A DNA stretch of 64,000 nt, taken from assembly GCF_965237495.1 (NCBI RefSeq), contig NZ_OZ250143.1, positions 515,918-579,917 of the forward strand, in the 5' to 3' direction. This document shows, piece by piece, positions 9,878 to 18,921 of the stretch. The position numbers were made by a program, and so were the translations under genes. Below the pieces are notes generated by a model, which saw only the letters and a program-made list of their open reading frames with translations, made no database searches and was not told where the DNA came from. Origin of the DNA: Candidatus Palauibacter sp. (lineage in GTDB: Bacteria; Gemmatimonadota; Gemmatimonadetes; Palauibacterales; Palauibacteraceae). Within the stretch, counting starts at the first letter, position 1. Every line of letters starts with the position of its first letter.

Positions 9878-10107
9878 GGCAGCCGTTGCTCCCGCTCTTC
9901 CCGTATCCACCGGACGATCTGGTCGGTCTCGACTGCGGGCAACCGCGCGCGCAGTGCGTCCATCCGGGCGGAGGCGTCTCGCCTCCTGGAAGCACGCGAC
10001 CACTCCCGGATCGCGGCGTTGACGGCGCGGCTGCGCGTACCGCGCGGCAGCCTCTCGATGACCCGCCACGAGTCATCGTCCAGCATGATGTTGACCCTTC
10101 GCGCCAT
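9874..10107 (-). CDS. vapB: Ribbon-helix-helix (CopG-like) antitoxin
   Basis: MARRVNIMLDDDSWRVIERLPRGTRSRAVNAAIREW RHH fold. Located immediately upstream of the PIN gene with a 4-nt overlap. Confidence 0.65.
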   Translation of the reverse strand: MARRVNIMLDDDSWRVIERLPRGTRSRAVNAAIREWSRASRRRDASARMDALRARLPAVETDQIVRWIREEREQRLP

Positions 10108-10212
10108 GTCGTTCTCCTCCCAGTGTCCCTGCGGTGTGTAATGGTTACACACCGCAGAGCCCTTGGCAAGCCACGGTGCGGATCCCTCGCTACCTGGCCT
10201 TCGTCGGGAAGC

Positions 10213-12078
10213 TCAGGCCTCGCGGGCGGCGGCGGCCGCGCGGCGCATCGCCTTCTTCCGCTCGTTCGGGTCCAGGAGGCGCTTGCGGAGGCGGATGGCG
10301 TCGGGTGTGACCTCGATCAGCTCGTCGTCGTTGATGAACTCGAGCGCCAGTTCCAGCGTCAGTACGCGCGGCGGTTCCAGGCGGACGTGCTCATCCGCGG
10401 CGGCGGCGCGCATGTTCGTGAGCTTCTTGCCCTTCGACACGTTGACCTCGAGGTCGCCCGGGCGGACGTGCTCCCCCACGAGCATCCCGCTGTAGACTTC
10501 GACGCCCGGCCCGATCAGCATCTCGGCCCGCTCCTGCAGATTGAAGAGGGCGAAGGCCACCGACGTCCCGGGGCGGTCGGCGACGAGCACCCCCTTCCGC
10601 CGGTGTTCGAGATGGCCGGCACGGGGTCCGTACTCGAGGAACCGGTGGTGCAGCTGGCCCTCGCCGCGCGTATCGGTGAGGAACTCGGAGCGGTATCCGA
10701 ACAGGCCCCGCGAAGGGAGTTTGAAGTCGAGCCGAACGGGCCCCTGGTCCGTCGGCCGCATCGACAGGAGTTCCGCACGCCGGCTCCCCATCTTCTCCAT
10801 CACCACGCCGACCATCTGAGCGGGGACTTCGATCACGGCCTCCTCGTACGGTTCGAGGATCTCGCCGCCGGGACCCTGGCGCAGGATGACGCGGGGGCGC
10901 GAGACGGAGAACTCGTATCCCTCGCGCCGTATCGTCTCCATGAGGATGGTGAGGTGCAGTTCCCCGCGGCCCGAAACGGCGAAGGTGTCGGGCGATTCCG
11001 TGGGCTCGACGCGGAGGGCGACATTCCGCTCCAGTTCGCGGAAGAGGCGCTCGCGGAGCTGTCGGGTGGTGACGTACTTCCCCGTCCGACCGGCGAACGG
11101 CGCGTCGTTGACCCGGAAGTCGACCGCCAGGGTGGGCCGCTCGACCGCGATCCCCCGCAGCCGCTCCCGGTGGTCCGGGTCGGCCACCGTCTGGCCGATT
11201 TCCACCCCCTCGAGTCCCGCCAGCGCCACGATCTCTCCGGCGCTCGCGCGCGGCTTCTCGATCCGTTTCAGCCCCTCGAAGCCGTAGATCCGAACTACGC
11301 GGGACGGGATCGCCTCGTCGGCCGCGACCGGCCCCGGCTCTCCGAGCGGAAGCAGAACGACGCGATCCCCCTCGGCGACCGCGCCCCGCTCGATGCGGCC
11401 GATGGCGATGCGGCCGACGTAGGCGGAGTGATCCAGCGTCGAAGCCAGCATCTGGAACGGTCCCGCGGCATCGCCCGTGGGAGGAGGGACCGCCGAGACG
11501 ATCGTCTCGAACAGCGGCTCCAGATCTCCGCCGCGCGCCTCGATGTCCCGCGCCGCCCACCCCTCACGTCCGCTCGCGTACAGGAAGGGCGCGTCGAGCT
11601 GGGCCTCGGTGGCCTCCAGCTCCATAAACAGCTCCAGCACGTCGTCGTGCACCTCCGCCGCGCGCTGCTCGGGCCGGTCGACCTTGTTGATCACGCCGAT
11701 GGGCGCGAGCCCGAGTGCGAGCGCCTTCCGCGTCACGAAACGCGTCTGCGGCATGGGGCCCTCGACCGCGTCCACCAGCAGGAGCACCCCGTCCACCATC
11801 CGCAGGATGCGCTCGACCTCGCCCCCGAAATCCGCGTGGCCCGGCGTGTCGACGATGTTGATGCGGGTCTCGCCCCAGCGCACCGCCGTGTTCTTGGACA
11901 GGATCGTGATCCCGCGCTCCCGCTCTAGCGGGTTGGAATCCATGACGCGGTCCTCCATCCGCTCGTGCGACTGGAAGGCGCCCGCCTGCCGCAGCATGTG
12001 ATCGACGAGCGTCGTCTTTCCGTGATCGACGTGGGCGATGATCGCGATGTTACGGATGTCCCGTCTCTGGGGCGTCAA
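10213..12078 (-). CDS. typA: Translational GTPase TypA/BipA
   Basis: IRNIAIIAHVDHGKTTLVD G1 motif, DTPGHADF and NKVDRP, with EF-G-like domains. Length is 621 aa. Confidence 0.95.
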   Translation of the reverse strand: MTPQRRDIRNIAIIAHVDHGKTTLVDHMLRQAGAFQSHERMEDRVMDSNPLERERGITILSKNTAVRWGETRINIVDTPGHADFGGEVERILRMVDGVLLLVDAVEGPMPQTRFVTRKALALGLAPIGVINKVDRPEQRAAEVHDDVLELFMELEATEAQLDAPFLYASGREGWAARDIEARGGDLEPLFETIVSAVPPPTGDAAGPFQMLASTLDHSAYVGRIAIGRIERGAVAEGDRVVLLPLGEPGPVAADEAIPSRVVRIYGFEGLKRIEKPRASAGEIVALAGLEGVEIGQTVADPDHRERLRGIAVERPTLAVDFRVNDAPFAGRTGKYVTTRQLRERLFRELERNVALRVEPTESPDTFAVSGRGELHLTILMETIRREGYEFSVSRPRVILRQGPGGEILEPYEEAVIEVPAQMVGVVMEKMGSRRAELLSMRPTDQGPVRLDFKLPSRGLFGYRSEFLTDTRGEGQLHHRFLEYGPRAGHLEHRRKGVLVADRPGTSVAFALFNLQERAEMLIGPGVEVYSGMLVGEHVRPGDLEVNVSKGKKLTNMRAAAADEHVRLEPPRVLTLELALEFINDDELIEVTPDAIRLRKRLLDPNERKKAMRRAAAAAREA

Positions 12079-12292
12079 ACGGGCCTCGATCTCCTCGTGG
12101 TCCTGCTCGTGGTCCTGCTCGCGGTCGTCGTGGGGCAGGGGATCCTACGCCGCCGGCTCCGAACCACAAAGCCGGGCCGGGGGAAGGGCCGCGCCTGCTG
12201 TGCGTGGCTGCGTGGGGTTTGCTAGGTTACCCCGGCACCATGGTGCGGCTGGCGGGTATGAAACTTGGTCTTACGGTCCTCGCGTTCCACGC

Positions 12293-12937
12293 ATGGAGAA
12301 TACGCTGGCTTTCATGAAGCTGAAGACCCGCACGACGCTCCTCACCGCCGCCCTGCTCGCCGCCGGCTGCGCGGACACGACGCGGCCCGAAGCCGTGTAC
12401 ATGGGCACGCTCAACGTCGTCGTGGCGGACGATGGCGTCGGGGCTCCGGGCTCCTTCGAAGGACGGCTGAGCGCGGACTTCCGGGTCTCGATCTCCCGGG
12501 ACGGGAGCGACTGGGTCCACCTGGGCGTGCCGACGCAGGTCGATCTCGCACTCCAGGACGCCGGGGGAGCCCTCAACCTGCACCCGCCCATCGACGTTCC
12601 CGCGGGAACGTATCCGTACCTGAGAATCGTCGGCGGCTGGGGCCTGGCGCGCATCGAGGGCGGTGCGGAGGTCGGGGGTCGCAGCTTCCCCGATCCCGTG
12701 CACCTGCGGGTCGGGGAGGAACGGCTCGCGATCGAGACCCGCCTGCCGATGGCGATCTTCGTCGCGCCGGGAGGGCACATGACGCTCCGGATCGACCTCA
12801 ACAGCGAGGCGTGGGTCTCGCCGGAGAATCTCGAGGCGGGCCGCGTTCCGCAGACCGATGTCGAGACCGCCCTCACCGGCCGAGCGCACGACAGGTTGCC
12901 GGCGCTCGGCGCCCCGCCTCCGAACCGACAGGCGTAG
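12293..12937 (+). CDS. Hypothetical lipoprotein
   Basis: MENTLAFMKLKTRTTLLTAALLAAGC signal peptide with lipobox. The ORF-track start at 12038 is an upstream extension. Confidence 0.55.
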   Translation: MENTLAFMKLKTRTTLLTAALLAAGCADTTRPEAVYMGTLNVVVADDGVGAPGSFEGRLSADFRVSISRDGSDWVHLGVPTQVDLALQDAGGALNLHPPIDVPAGTYPYLRIVGGWGLARIEGGAEVGGRSFPDPVHLRVGEERLAIETRLPMAIFVAPGGHMTLRIDLNSEAWVSPENLEAGRVPQTDVETALTGRAHDRLPALGAPPPNRQA

Positions 12938-12941
12938 CCGC

Positions 12942-13493
12942 TTGTCGCGACTGGTGGCGGTAGCCGGACTGGCGATCGCCTTCGTGTGGGTCTCGCTCTG
13001 GCTCCGCTTCCGGGAGGTGACGCCCGCACCGCCCCCGGAGCCGGCGGATCTCCGCGTTTGGGACTATGTCGGCTGTCACCGGCTCCAGTTCGACAGCTGG
13101 GTCGCGGACGAGGACGGCGAAGCGCCCGACGGCGAGCCCCCGGTGGTGCGATCCCTCATGCTGTTCGCCGACTCGGTGGACGAGTACGGGAGGGAGATGA
13201 ACGCCTACCGCGCCGTGCCGCTGGAAGCCGACCTGGACCGCTCGCGACTGGAGACGCGCTGGTTCACCCGGGCCGACACCCTGTGGCTCGTGTGGTCGAG
13301 CCCCGAAGTGCGGGGCGCGGTAGCGCTGCGGGCGGCCCGCGGGGGGATGGCCGGACGGGCGGTGGCGCGGCTGCGGGGGCCAGCGGTCGGCACGAACGCG
13401 GCGGGCGGCGGCTCGGTGCAGGCTCCGGTCTCGGCCTGGGAAGTGAACTGCCACTCGCTCCGCCCCGACCGGATCGGCCCCGTCGAGCGCTAA
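12942..13493 (+). CDS. Hypothetical membrane-anchored protein
   Basis: The ORF opens right after the preceding stop, with TTG 12942 or GTG 12954 as candidate starts. One N-terminal TM segment, LVAVAGLAIAFVWVSLW. No recognisable domain. Confidence 0.35.
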   Translation: MSRLVAVAGLAIAFVWVSLWLRFREVTPAPPPEPADLRVWDYVGCHRLQFDSWVADEDGEAPDGEPPVVRSLMLFADSVDEYGREMNAYRAVPLEADLDRSRLETRWFTRADTLWLVWSSPEVRGAVALRAARGGMAGRAVARLRGPAVGTNAAGGGSVQAPVSAWEVNCHSLRPDRIGPVER

Positions 13494-13535
13494 GAGCGAT
13501 GACGGGCGAGCATCCGCTGGCGAGGCATGACACTG

Positions 13536-14897
13536 TCAAGCTGCGCATTCTCGGTCGCTTTCCGGGTTGGCCACCCGCAGGGACGGCCGCCAGAAACGCA
13601 ACGTGGGGAATCCAAAGGCGTCCGTCTCGTACGAAAACAACAGGCCGCCGTCCACCGCCCCGAAGCCATCCGTGAAGTTCGCGGCCGCAAGGATGCGACC
13701 CGCGCCGGGATCCAACACCTCGATACGCTGCTCGTAGAGCGAGCAATTCTCGCGGCGCGTGTACTCTCCCGCCTCGGGGTGCAATCCCGGCGGGGTCTCC
13801 ACAAGGCAGTCCGCCCAGTTGGCCGCCGCCACCGAGATCATTACCCACAGCCGATCTCGGGAATCGCTCGTCATGTATCTGATCCCCGGCGAGCCGGGCT
13901 GGTCGGGGTGCAACTCCCTGCGCGGGGAGTTCGGCGGGAACCATTCGACCTCCCGGACCAGCGAGCGCAGGCGCGTCCCCGCCGCCGCGTCCCACAGATC
14001 GATCCGGTATTCCTCCGGCGACACCGACCAGACCTCGCCGCTGCGGGCGGCGGGCGTGATCGATCGAAAGGGTGACGGGGCGCCGGGCACCCCGACCGGC
14101 ACCTCGTCGAACGAGCGGACCACGTCACCCTCACCATTCATGAGGTGGAGGACGTACCCCACCCGGTCCGCGGCGTACATCGTGGCGTTGATCACATACG
14201 AGGAATCGTCGAGAACGACGGCGTCGTTCTCGAGTGTACCCGGCGAAAGGGGGTTCGTGTGCAACACCTCGAAGTCCGTCGCATCCAGCACGGTTCGGCG
14301 CCTGTTCAAGGCGTCAAAGACGTGCAGGCGGTCTCCGTGGGCGCGCACCCACCGAATCCACCGGTACTCGCCCGGCCCCTCGCCACCTCGTCCCACCCAG
14401 CGGCCGCCGGGGACATCCGCGGAGGCCACCAAGAAACGCTCGGGCCGTAGTTGCTCCGTGATCGCGAGGCGCCCGCCGGGCAGAGCCTCCACGTCGTAGG
14501 CGTTGGACACCCAGTTCTCGTCGTCCCACCCGCCGCCCCTGAACACCGGGCCGGGCTCCAGCTCGATCTCGCACGGCGGCTGCGGATCCTCCCGCAGCAC
14601 CGTGGGCTGCTGGGCCTGCACCGCCCGGGACGTAGCCACCAGAAGCGCGACGGCCAATAGCGTTCGGCAAGCGGCCTCAACGGCCGTCTGGGAGCGGCCG
14701 TGCAGGGCTACATGTCCCGGCGGCGAGGGGAGCGCGGACGACGCTCCGCGGGGGCCTTCACGGCGCAAGGTGTGAACCGGCACCGGCGGCGACCGCAGCG
14801 AGGAATTCCGGAGTGGCGAGGTGCCGGAGCGGAATGTGGACGGCAACGGTTCCCTGGGTGCATCCCCGAACTTGGATGGCCATGCGTTCGGTCGCAA
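13536..14897 (-). CDS. Secreted beta-propeller-like protein; start uncertain
   Basis: Signal-peptide-like LLAVALLVATSRAVQAQQ. Repetitive W/G-rich blades over 453 aa. The first ATG at 14897 would overlap the upstream gene by 140 nt, so an internal non-ATG start near 14650-14710 is likely. Confidence 0.5.
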   Translation of the reverse strand: MRPNAWPSKFGDAPREPLPSTFRSGTSPLRNSSLRSPPVPVHTLRREGPRGASSALPSPPGHVALHGRSQTAVEAACRTLLAVALLVATSRAVQAQQPTVLREDPQPPCEIELEPGPVFRGGGWDDENWVSNAYDVEALPGGRLAITEQLRPERFLVASADVPGGRWVGRGGEGPGEYRWIRWVRAHGDRLHVFDALNRRRTVLDATDFEVLHTNPLSPGTLENDAVVLDDSSYVINATMYAADRVGYVLHLMNGEGDVVRSFDEVPVGVPGAPSPFRSITPAARSGEVWSVSPEEYRIDLWDAAAGTRLRSLVREVEWFPPNSPRRELHPDQPGSPGIRYMTSDSRDRLWVMISVAAANWADCLVETPPGLHPEAGEYTRRENCSLYEQRIEVLDPGAGRILAAANFTDGFGAVDGGLLFSYETDAFGFPTLRFWRPSLRVANPESDRECAA

Positions 14898-15306
14898 AGT
14901 AAAACGGCGACTTCTCGGGCTGGCCGCGGATGATTCGGTACACCTCCAAGGCGTCGCCGGCCGACACCGCCGCCAAGACTGTCTTCAGCACACCTGCGTC
15001 GTACAGGATCCCGTCGATGCCGCCGCCCCGGCACCCGGGGGGGTGCTTCTCCGTGCAGCCCTTCGGGTATGGAACGCGCGGGTGTACTCCGTCTTTCCGC
15101 TTGTAGTACCCGTCGTTGTGGACAGGAGTCACTGCGGTATGGCACTCAGACAGATCATCGGGGTCTGGATTGCAATAGAAGGTGAGACAGTCCACACAGG
15201 AATCTTCGTCCTGCGCCGCCACCGGTTTGGGATCGACCGCCCCCGCCAACAGGACGGCTCCGACAAGCAGGAACGTGAAGTGATGAAGGGATTTGAGGTT
15301 AAACAC
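14758..15306 (-). CDS. Secreted Cys-rich hypothetical protein
   Basis: Signal peptide MFNLKSLHHFTFLLVGAVLLAGAV. Cys cluster DSCVDCLTFYCNPDPDDLSECH. GTG start at 15306 with a GGGAGG SD 5 nt upstream. Confidence 0.5.
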   Translation of the reverse strand: MFNLKSLHHFTFLLVGAVLLAGAVDPKPVAAQDEDSCVDCLTFYCNPDPDDLSECHTAVTPVHNDGYYKRKDGVHPRVPYPKGCTEKHPPGCRGGGIDGILYDAGVLKTVLAAVSAGDALEVYRIIRGQPEKSPFYFATERMAIQVRGCTQGTVAVHIPLRHLATPEFLAAVAAGAGSHLAP

Positions 15307-15330
15307 GTTGGCCTCCCGGGTCTTGAGGGG

Positions 15331-15408
15331 GGGACTCGCTCCCGGGACTCGCTCCCGGGACTCGCTCCCGGGACTCGCTCCCGGGACTCGCTCCCGGGAC
15401 TCGCTCCC
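15331..15408. repeat. Perfect tandem repeat, 6 copies of 13-bp unit GGGACTCGCTCCC
   Basis: Counted directly from the sequence: six contiguous identical units. The array lies 25 nt upstream of the GTG start of the 14758-15306 gene. Each unit has GGGA/TCCC complementary ends. Confidence 0.9.
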
Positions 15409-15616
15409 ACAATTACGCGTGTTCTTTGGCGGTCCGCAAGAGGCGTCCCGCTCTCACTGCGTCGTACTGTCGCACGTCCTCTTACGGTCCATGTACGGTA
15501 TGAATCCGGCGAACAAGATCCGGGAGACGAACCGGCGGACTCGCTTCGGCCCGACCGGATCACTCCCACCGACCGGTAGGCAGCCCCGACCGGTGGGCTG
15601 CCGTCGGTCCCGGGGC

Positions 15617-16060
15617 CTAGAGGAACGAGGGGTCGAACCCGTCCGAGGTCTCTCGCCGCTCCTCCGGCCGGACGAGGGTGAGGATCGCCCCCTGGGGTGC
15701 CACGAGATACCGGGTGCCCTCGAACGTGATCTCGACCGCCGCTTTCCGGAAGAAGAGGGCGTAGTCGCCCGGCCGTGCCTGCATGGGAAGGTAGCGCGCC
15801 TCGGTTGCGCCGATCTTCCACGGTTCATCGCCCAGTTCCGCGGGCGGCCCCACCGGCGTGCCGGGTCCGACCGCCACCACCGTGCCCGCCTGCACGGCCT
15901 GCTTGTCGATCGCGGTGGGAGGAAGATAGAGACCGACGTTGGTGCGCTCCTCGCCCTCCAGCGGTTCGATGAGCACACGGTCGCCGACGACGATGAGTCT
16001 CTTCTCGCTCAAGGCTTCCTTCCTGCAGGCGTTACTTCGGGGCTGGGGGTGACGGCGCAT
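15617..16060 (-). CDS. GroES/Cpn10-family protein
   Basis: KRLIVVGDRVLIEP...AGTVVAVGPG...GDYALFFRKAAVEITFEGTRYLVAPQGAILTLV aligns with the GroES fold, including mobile-loop and roof elements. ATG at 16060. Confidence 0.6.
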   Translation of the reverse strand: MRRHPQPRSNACRKEALSEKRLIVVGDRVLIEPLEGEERTNVGLYLPPTAIDKQAVQAGTVVAVGPGTPVGPPAELGDEPWKIGATEARYLPMQARPGDYALFFRKAAVEITFEGTRYLVAPQGAILTLVRPEERRETSDGFDPSFL

Positions 16061-16112
16061 CGTCACGATCCCCGCCGGACGATAGGGTGCCCCGGCATCC
16101 CCGGACAGGCTC

Positions 16113-17237
16113 TCAGCCGGTCGAGGTCCCGTCGGTCGCGTCGGGTTCGAGGCGCGAACGCTCCCCCTCGATGAAGCTCTCGGCGCTTTCCGGGACGAAC
16201 AGGTTGTCGGCGATGCGGGCGATCTCCTCCGCCTCCCGCCACCGGGCCTCGAGTTCCTTGAGTTCTCCCTCGAGCGCCTCGCGCTCGGCCTGCTCGTGCG
16301 TAGCCATCTCGATCGCCAGCCGCACATCCACCTTGAGGCCCGCCAGCGTCCCGGGCAGGGGTTTCGAGAGTGCCTCGATTTTCTTTGCCGAGAGGCCTGG
16401 CCGCCGGCGCCCGGAGAAGTCGCGCTGCGCGAGATCGGCAGCTTGTGGGAGAAACGCCTCGGGGTGGCCGGCCTCCTCGATTCGGGCCACCGCCGCGCGG
16501 ACCGTCTTGCGCCCGCCACCGCTCCGGTTCGCGTGTGCCATGAGTTGCCCGGCCAGGCCGATGGCCTCGCTGCCGTGAACGATCATCGTATGTCGCCGGT
16601 CCTTCTGCTTACGTGTCCTCAGCGACTTGTCCCAGCCCGGGATGTGATCGACGCTGAGATCCCATCCCGAGGCGTCGGCGCTCGGGACCAGGCGTGACGT
16701 GTAGAGGTGTTTTCGCTGGATCCGGATCGGGTCTTCGACCTCGTTCCTGAGACGGAGGATCACGCGATCTTGATACCACTGCTGGATCAGGCTCGGGATG
16801 CTCGAGAAGGCCGCAATCAGCGAGAAGCCCGTCACCATGCTCCCGGCGACAAAGGCCCCGGTCGCGGTCGCGCCCGCGCCGGTGATGAGCATGGCCCGGC
16901 GGCGTCGGCGGCCGAACTGGTCGCCGTAGCGCCATGCCGCGAACTCCTGGCGGACAGGGTCTCCCACGCGTACGAGTTCGAGCCCCTCTTTCAGCTTGGC
17001 GAGCCCGATGTTGTCCGTGGCGACCCGCATGCGGGTCGTCTCGAAGGCGCGCTCGCAGGCCTCGATCGCCTCCCACCGTGTCTCCAGCGGCGAGAGGTTC
17101 CAGCGCTCGCAGCGCCGGCAGACGACCCAGAGCCGTCCCTTGGCTCCGTCGAAGGCGAGGCGGTGCCCGACCGGGAACTCCTCGATGGCCTCGTTCCGGT
17201 CGAGGTCACCGTGGCAGAAGATGCAGGTCGTGTACAC
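16113..17237 (-). CDS. Zinc-ribbon membrane protein of unknown function (paralog 2 of tandem pair)
   Basis: N-terminal CIFCHG...CRRCERW 4-Cys ribbon, one TM segment and a C-terminal coiled coil, EREALEGELKELEARWREAEEIARIADN. GTG start lies immediately after the stop of paralog 1 (TGAGTG). Confidence 0.6.
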   Translation of the reverse strand: MYTTCIFCHGDLDRNEAIEEFPVGHRLAFDGAKGRLWVVCRRCERWNLSPLETRWEAIEACERAFETTRMRVATDNIGLAKLKEGLELVRVGDPVRQEFAAWRYGDQFGRRRRRAMLITGAGATATGAFVAGSMVTGFSLIAAFSSIPSLIQQWYQDRVILRLRNEVEDPIRIQRKHLYTSRLVPSADASGWDLSVDHIPGWDKSLRTRKQKDRRHTMIVHGSEAIGLAGQLMAHANRSGGGRKTVRAAVARIEEAGHPEAFLPQAADLAQRDFSGRRRPGLSAKKIEALSKPLPGTLAGLKVDVRLAIEMATHEQAEREALEGELKELEARWREAEEIARIADNLFVPESAESFIEGERSRLEPDATDGTSTG

Positions 17238-18329
17238 TCAGACGTTCCGCGACGGGTTCATGGGGTCGACGTCGATGCGCTCGTGCTCGCCGGCGATGAA
17301 GCCGTCAACGCTCTCGGGGACGAGCAGGTTGTCGGCGATGCGTGCGATCTCCTCGGCTTCGCGCCACCGCGCTTCGAGTTCCTTGAGTTCTCCCTCGAGG
17401 GCCTCTCGCTCGGCCTCCTCGTGCGTCGCCATTTCGATCGCCAACCGCGTGCTCTCGCTCATGCCCGCAAGCGTACCGGGCAGAGGTTTCCGCATCCGTT
17501 CGATTTTTCTTGCGGGCGGGTGGTCCTTGGCGGATCGCTGGAAGGCATGCAACGCCATGTCCGCCGCTTCGGGAAGAAACCCCTCGGGGTGGCCAGCGTG
17601 TTCGATCCGGCTCACCGCCCTGCGGATCGCGCTCTCCCTGCCCCCGCGACGGTTGGCTTGTGCCATCAACTGACCCGCGAGCCCGATCGCCTCGCGTCCG
17701 TGGATGATCATCGTCTCCCGCTTGTCCCCCCCGCTCCAGCCCGGAAGGTGATCGACGCGCAGCCCCCATCCACCGCCCTCGCGATCGGGCACGAGACGAG
17801 AGGTGTAAAGGTGTTTCCGGAGGACCCGAACCGGCGCTCCACCCTGATTCCGAGTCCGGAGGACAACGCGCTTGAGGTACCAGGTCTTCGTCAGCCTGGT
17901 CGTCAACCAGAGTGAGCCCAGGGAGAGTACGCCTCCCACAACGAGAGCCCCCGCGGCCGTCGCGGCCGCGCCGGTGATGAGCATGGCCCGCTTGCGGCGC
18001 CGACCGAACTGGTCTCCGTAGCGCCACGCGGCGAACTCCTGCCGGACGGGGTCGCCGACGCGCACGAGTTCGAGGCCCTCCTTGAGCTTCGCGAGGCCGA
18101 TGTTGTCGGAGGCGACCCGCATGCGGGTGGTCTCGAAGGCGCGTTCGCAGGCCTCGATCGCTTCCCACCGCGTCTCCAGCGGCGAGAGGTTCCAGCGCTC
18201 GCAGCGCCGACACACGACCCAGAGGCGTCCCCGCGAGCCGTCGAATGCGAGGCGGCGACCGACCGGGAACTCCTCGATGGCCTCGTTCCGGTAGAGGTCG
18301 CCGTGGCAGAAGATGCACGTCGTATACAT
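17238..18329 (-). CDS. Zinc-ribbon membrane protein of unknown function (paralog 1 of tandem pair)
   Basis: Same architecture as 16113-17237 and ~70% identical by eye. ATG at 18329 (MYTTCIFCHGDL). Confidence 0.6.
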   Translation of the reverse strand: MYTTCIFCHGDLYRNEAIEEFPVGRRLAFDGSRGRLWVVCRRCERWNLSPLETRWEAIEACERAFETTRMRVASDNIGLAKLKEGLELVRVGDPVRQEFAAWRYGDQFGRRRKRAMLITGAAATAAGALVVGGVLSLGSLWLTTRLTKTWYLKRVVLRTRNQGGAPVRVLRKHLYTSRLVPDREGGGWGLRVDHLPGWSGGDKRETMIIHGREAIGLAGQLMAQANRRGGRESAIRRAVSRIEHAGHPEGFLPEAADMALHAFQRSAKDHPPARKIERMRKPLPGTLAGMSESTRLAIEMATHEEAEREALEGELKELEARWREAEEIARIADNLLVPESVDGFIAGEHERIDVDPMNPSRNV

Positions 18330-18516
18330 TCGTCTCTCGATCCTCACCGCTGGACGCGTCGGCTGCGTAGCCGACGGCCCCCGCGTCGCCGTCCAATGTC
18401 GCTACGTGGCCCGGCCGGGGATACCCGCCACGGGCGTCACTTCATCGTCCGGCCCCGCAGTGATGGCCGCTCGGCTGTCTTCCCTCCGGCTGCGGGTTTC
18501 ATATGCAGAGTTGCGA

Positions 18517-18535
18517 TATAAAGAACATCTTTATA
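18517..18535. promoter_or_regulatory. Perfect 19-bp palindrome TATAAAGA-aca-TCTTTATA in AT-rich divergent promoter region; candidate PadR operator
   Basis: 8-bp arms are exact reverse complements. The site lies in the only AT-rich stretch between the padR start (18583, +) and the paralog operon start (18329, -). Confidence 0.5.
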
Positions 18536-18582
18536 GCCTGCAGGTGAAGTGGTGAGAAACCCGCGATTCGTAACCCCTTCAT

Positions 18583-18921
18583 GTGAGGCGCAGCGTGCAG
18601 GCGAACCTGTCGAAGCGAATCAACGAGCTACTGGTGCTCGCCGTTCTGGAGCGCGGGCCCGCCCACGGTTATCAGATCGCGCTCTCGGTGGAGGAGCGCA
18701 GTGGCGGCGCGTTCTCCTTCCAGCACGGTACGCTGTACCCGATCCTGCACCGGCTGGAAGCGAAGGGGCAGGTCCGGGGGTCTTGGGACGGGGAAGGGCG
18801 ACGGCGGAAGACGTATGAGATCACCGGCGCCGGACGGGGCGAACTCACGGACGGAGCGGAAGAGCTGGAGCGGCAGTTTCGAACGCTTCTCGAGGTCCTG
18901 GGGGGGACCCATGCGGCGTAA
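18583..18921 (+). CDS. PadR-family transcriptional regulator
   Basis: LVLAVLERGPAHGYQIALSVEERSGGAFSFQHGTLYPILHRLEAKGQV winged-helix PadR signature. Confidence 0.85.
   Translation: MRRSVQANLSKRINELLVLAVLERGPAHGYQIALSVEERSGGAFSFQHGTLYPILHRLEAKGQVRGSWDGEGRRRKTYEITGAGRGELTDGAEELERQFRTLLEVLGGTHAA

Noticed and set aside
15331-15408. Possible CRISPR array
   Set aside because: The units are contiguous with no spacers, and a 13-bp period is far shorter than CRISPR repeats. Likewise the 273-297 bp adhesin repeats are coding and in frame.
15293-16174. Plus-strand ORF translating the 13-bp repeats as GTRSRDSLPGLAP repeats
   Set aside because: The 13-bp period is not a multiple of 3. The ORF is antisense to the GroES-like gene and has no start context. 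The repeat is better explained as non-coding.
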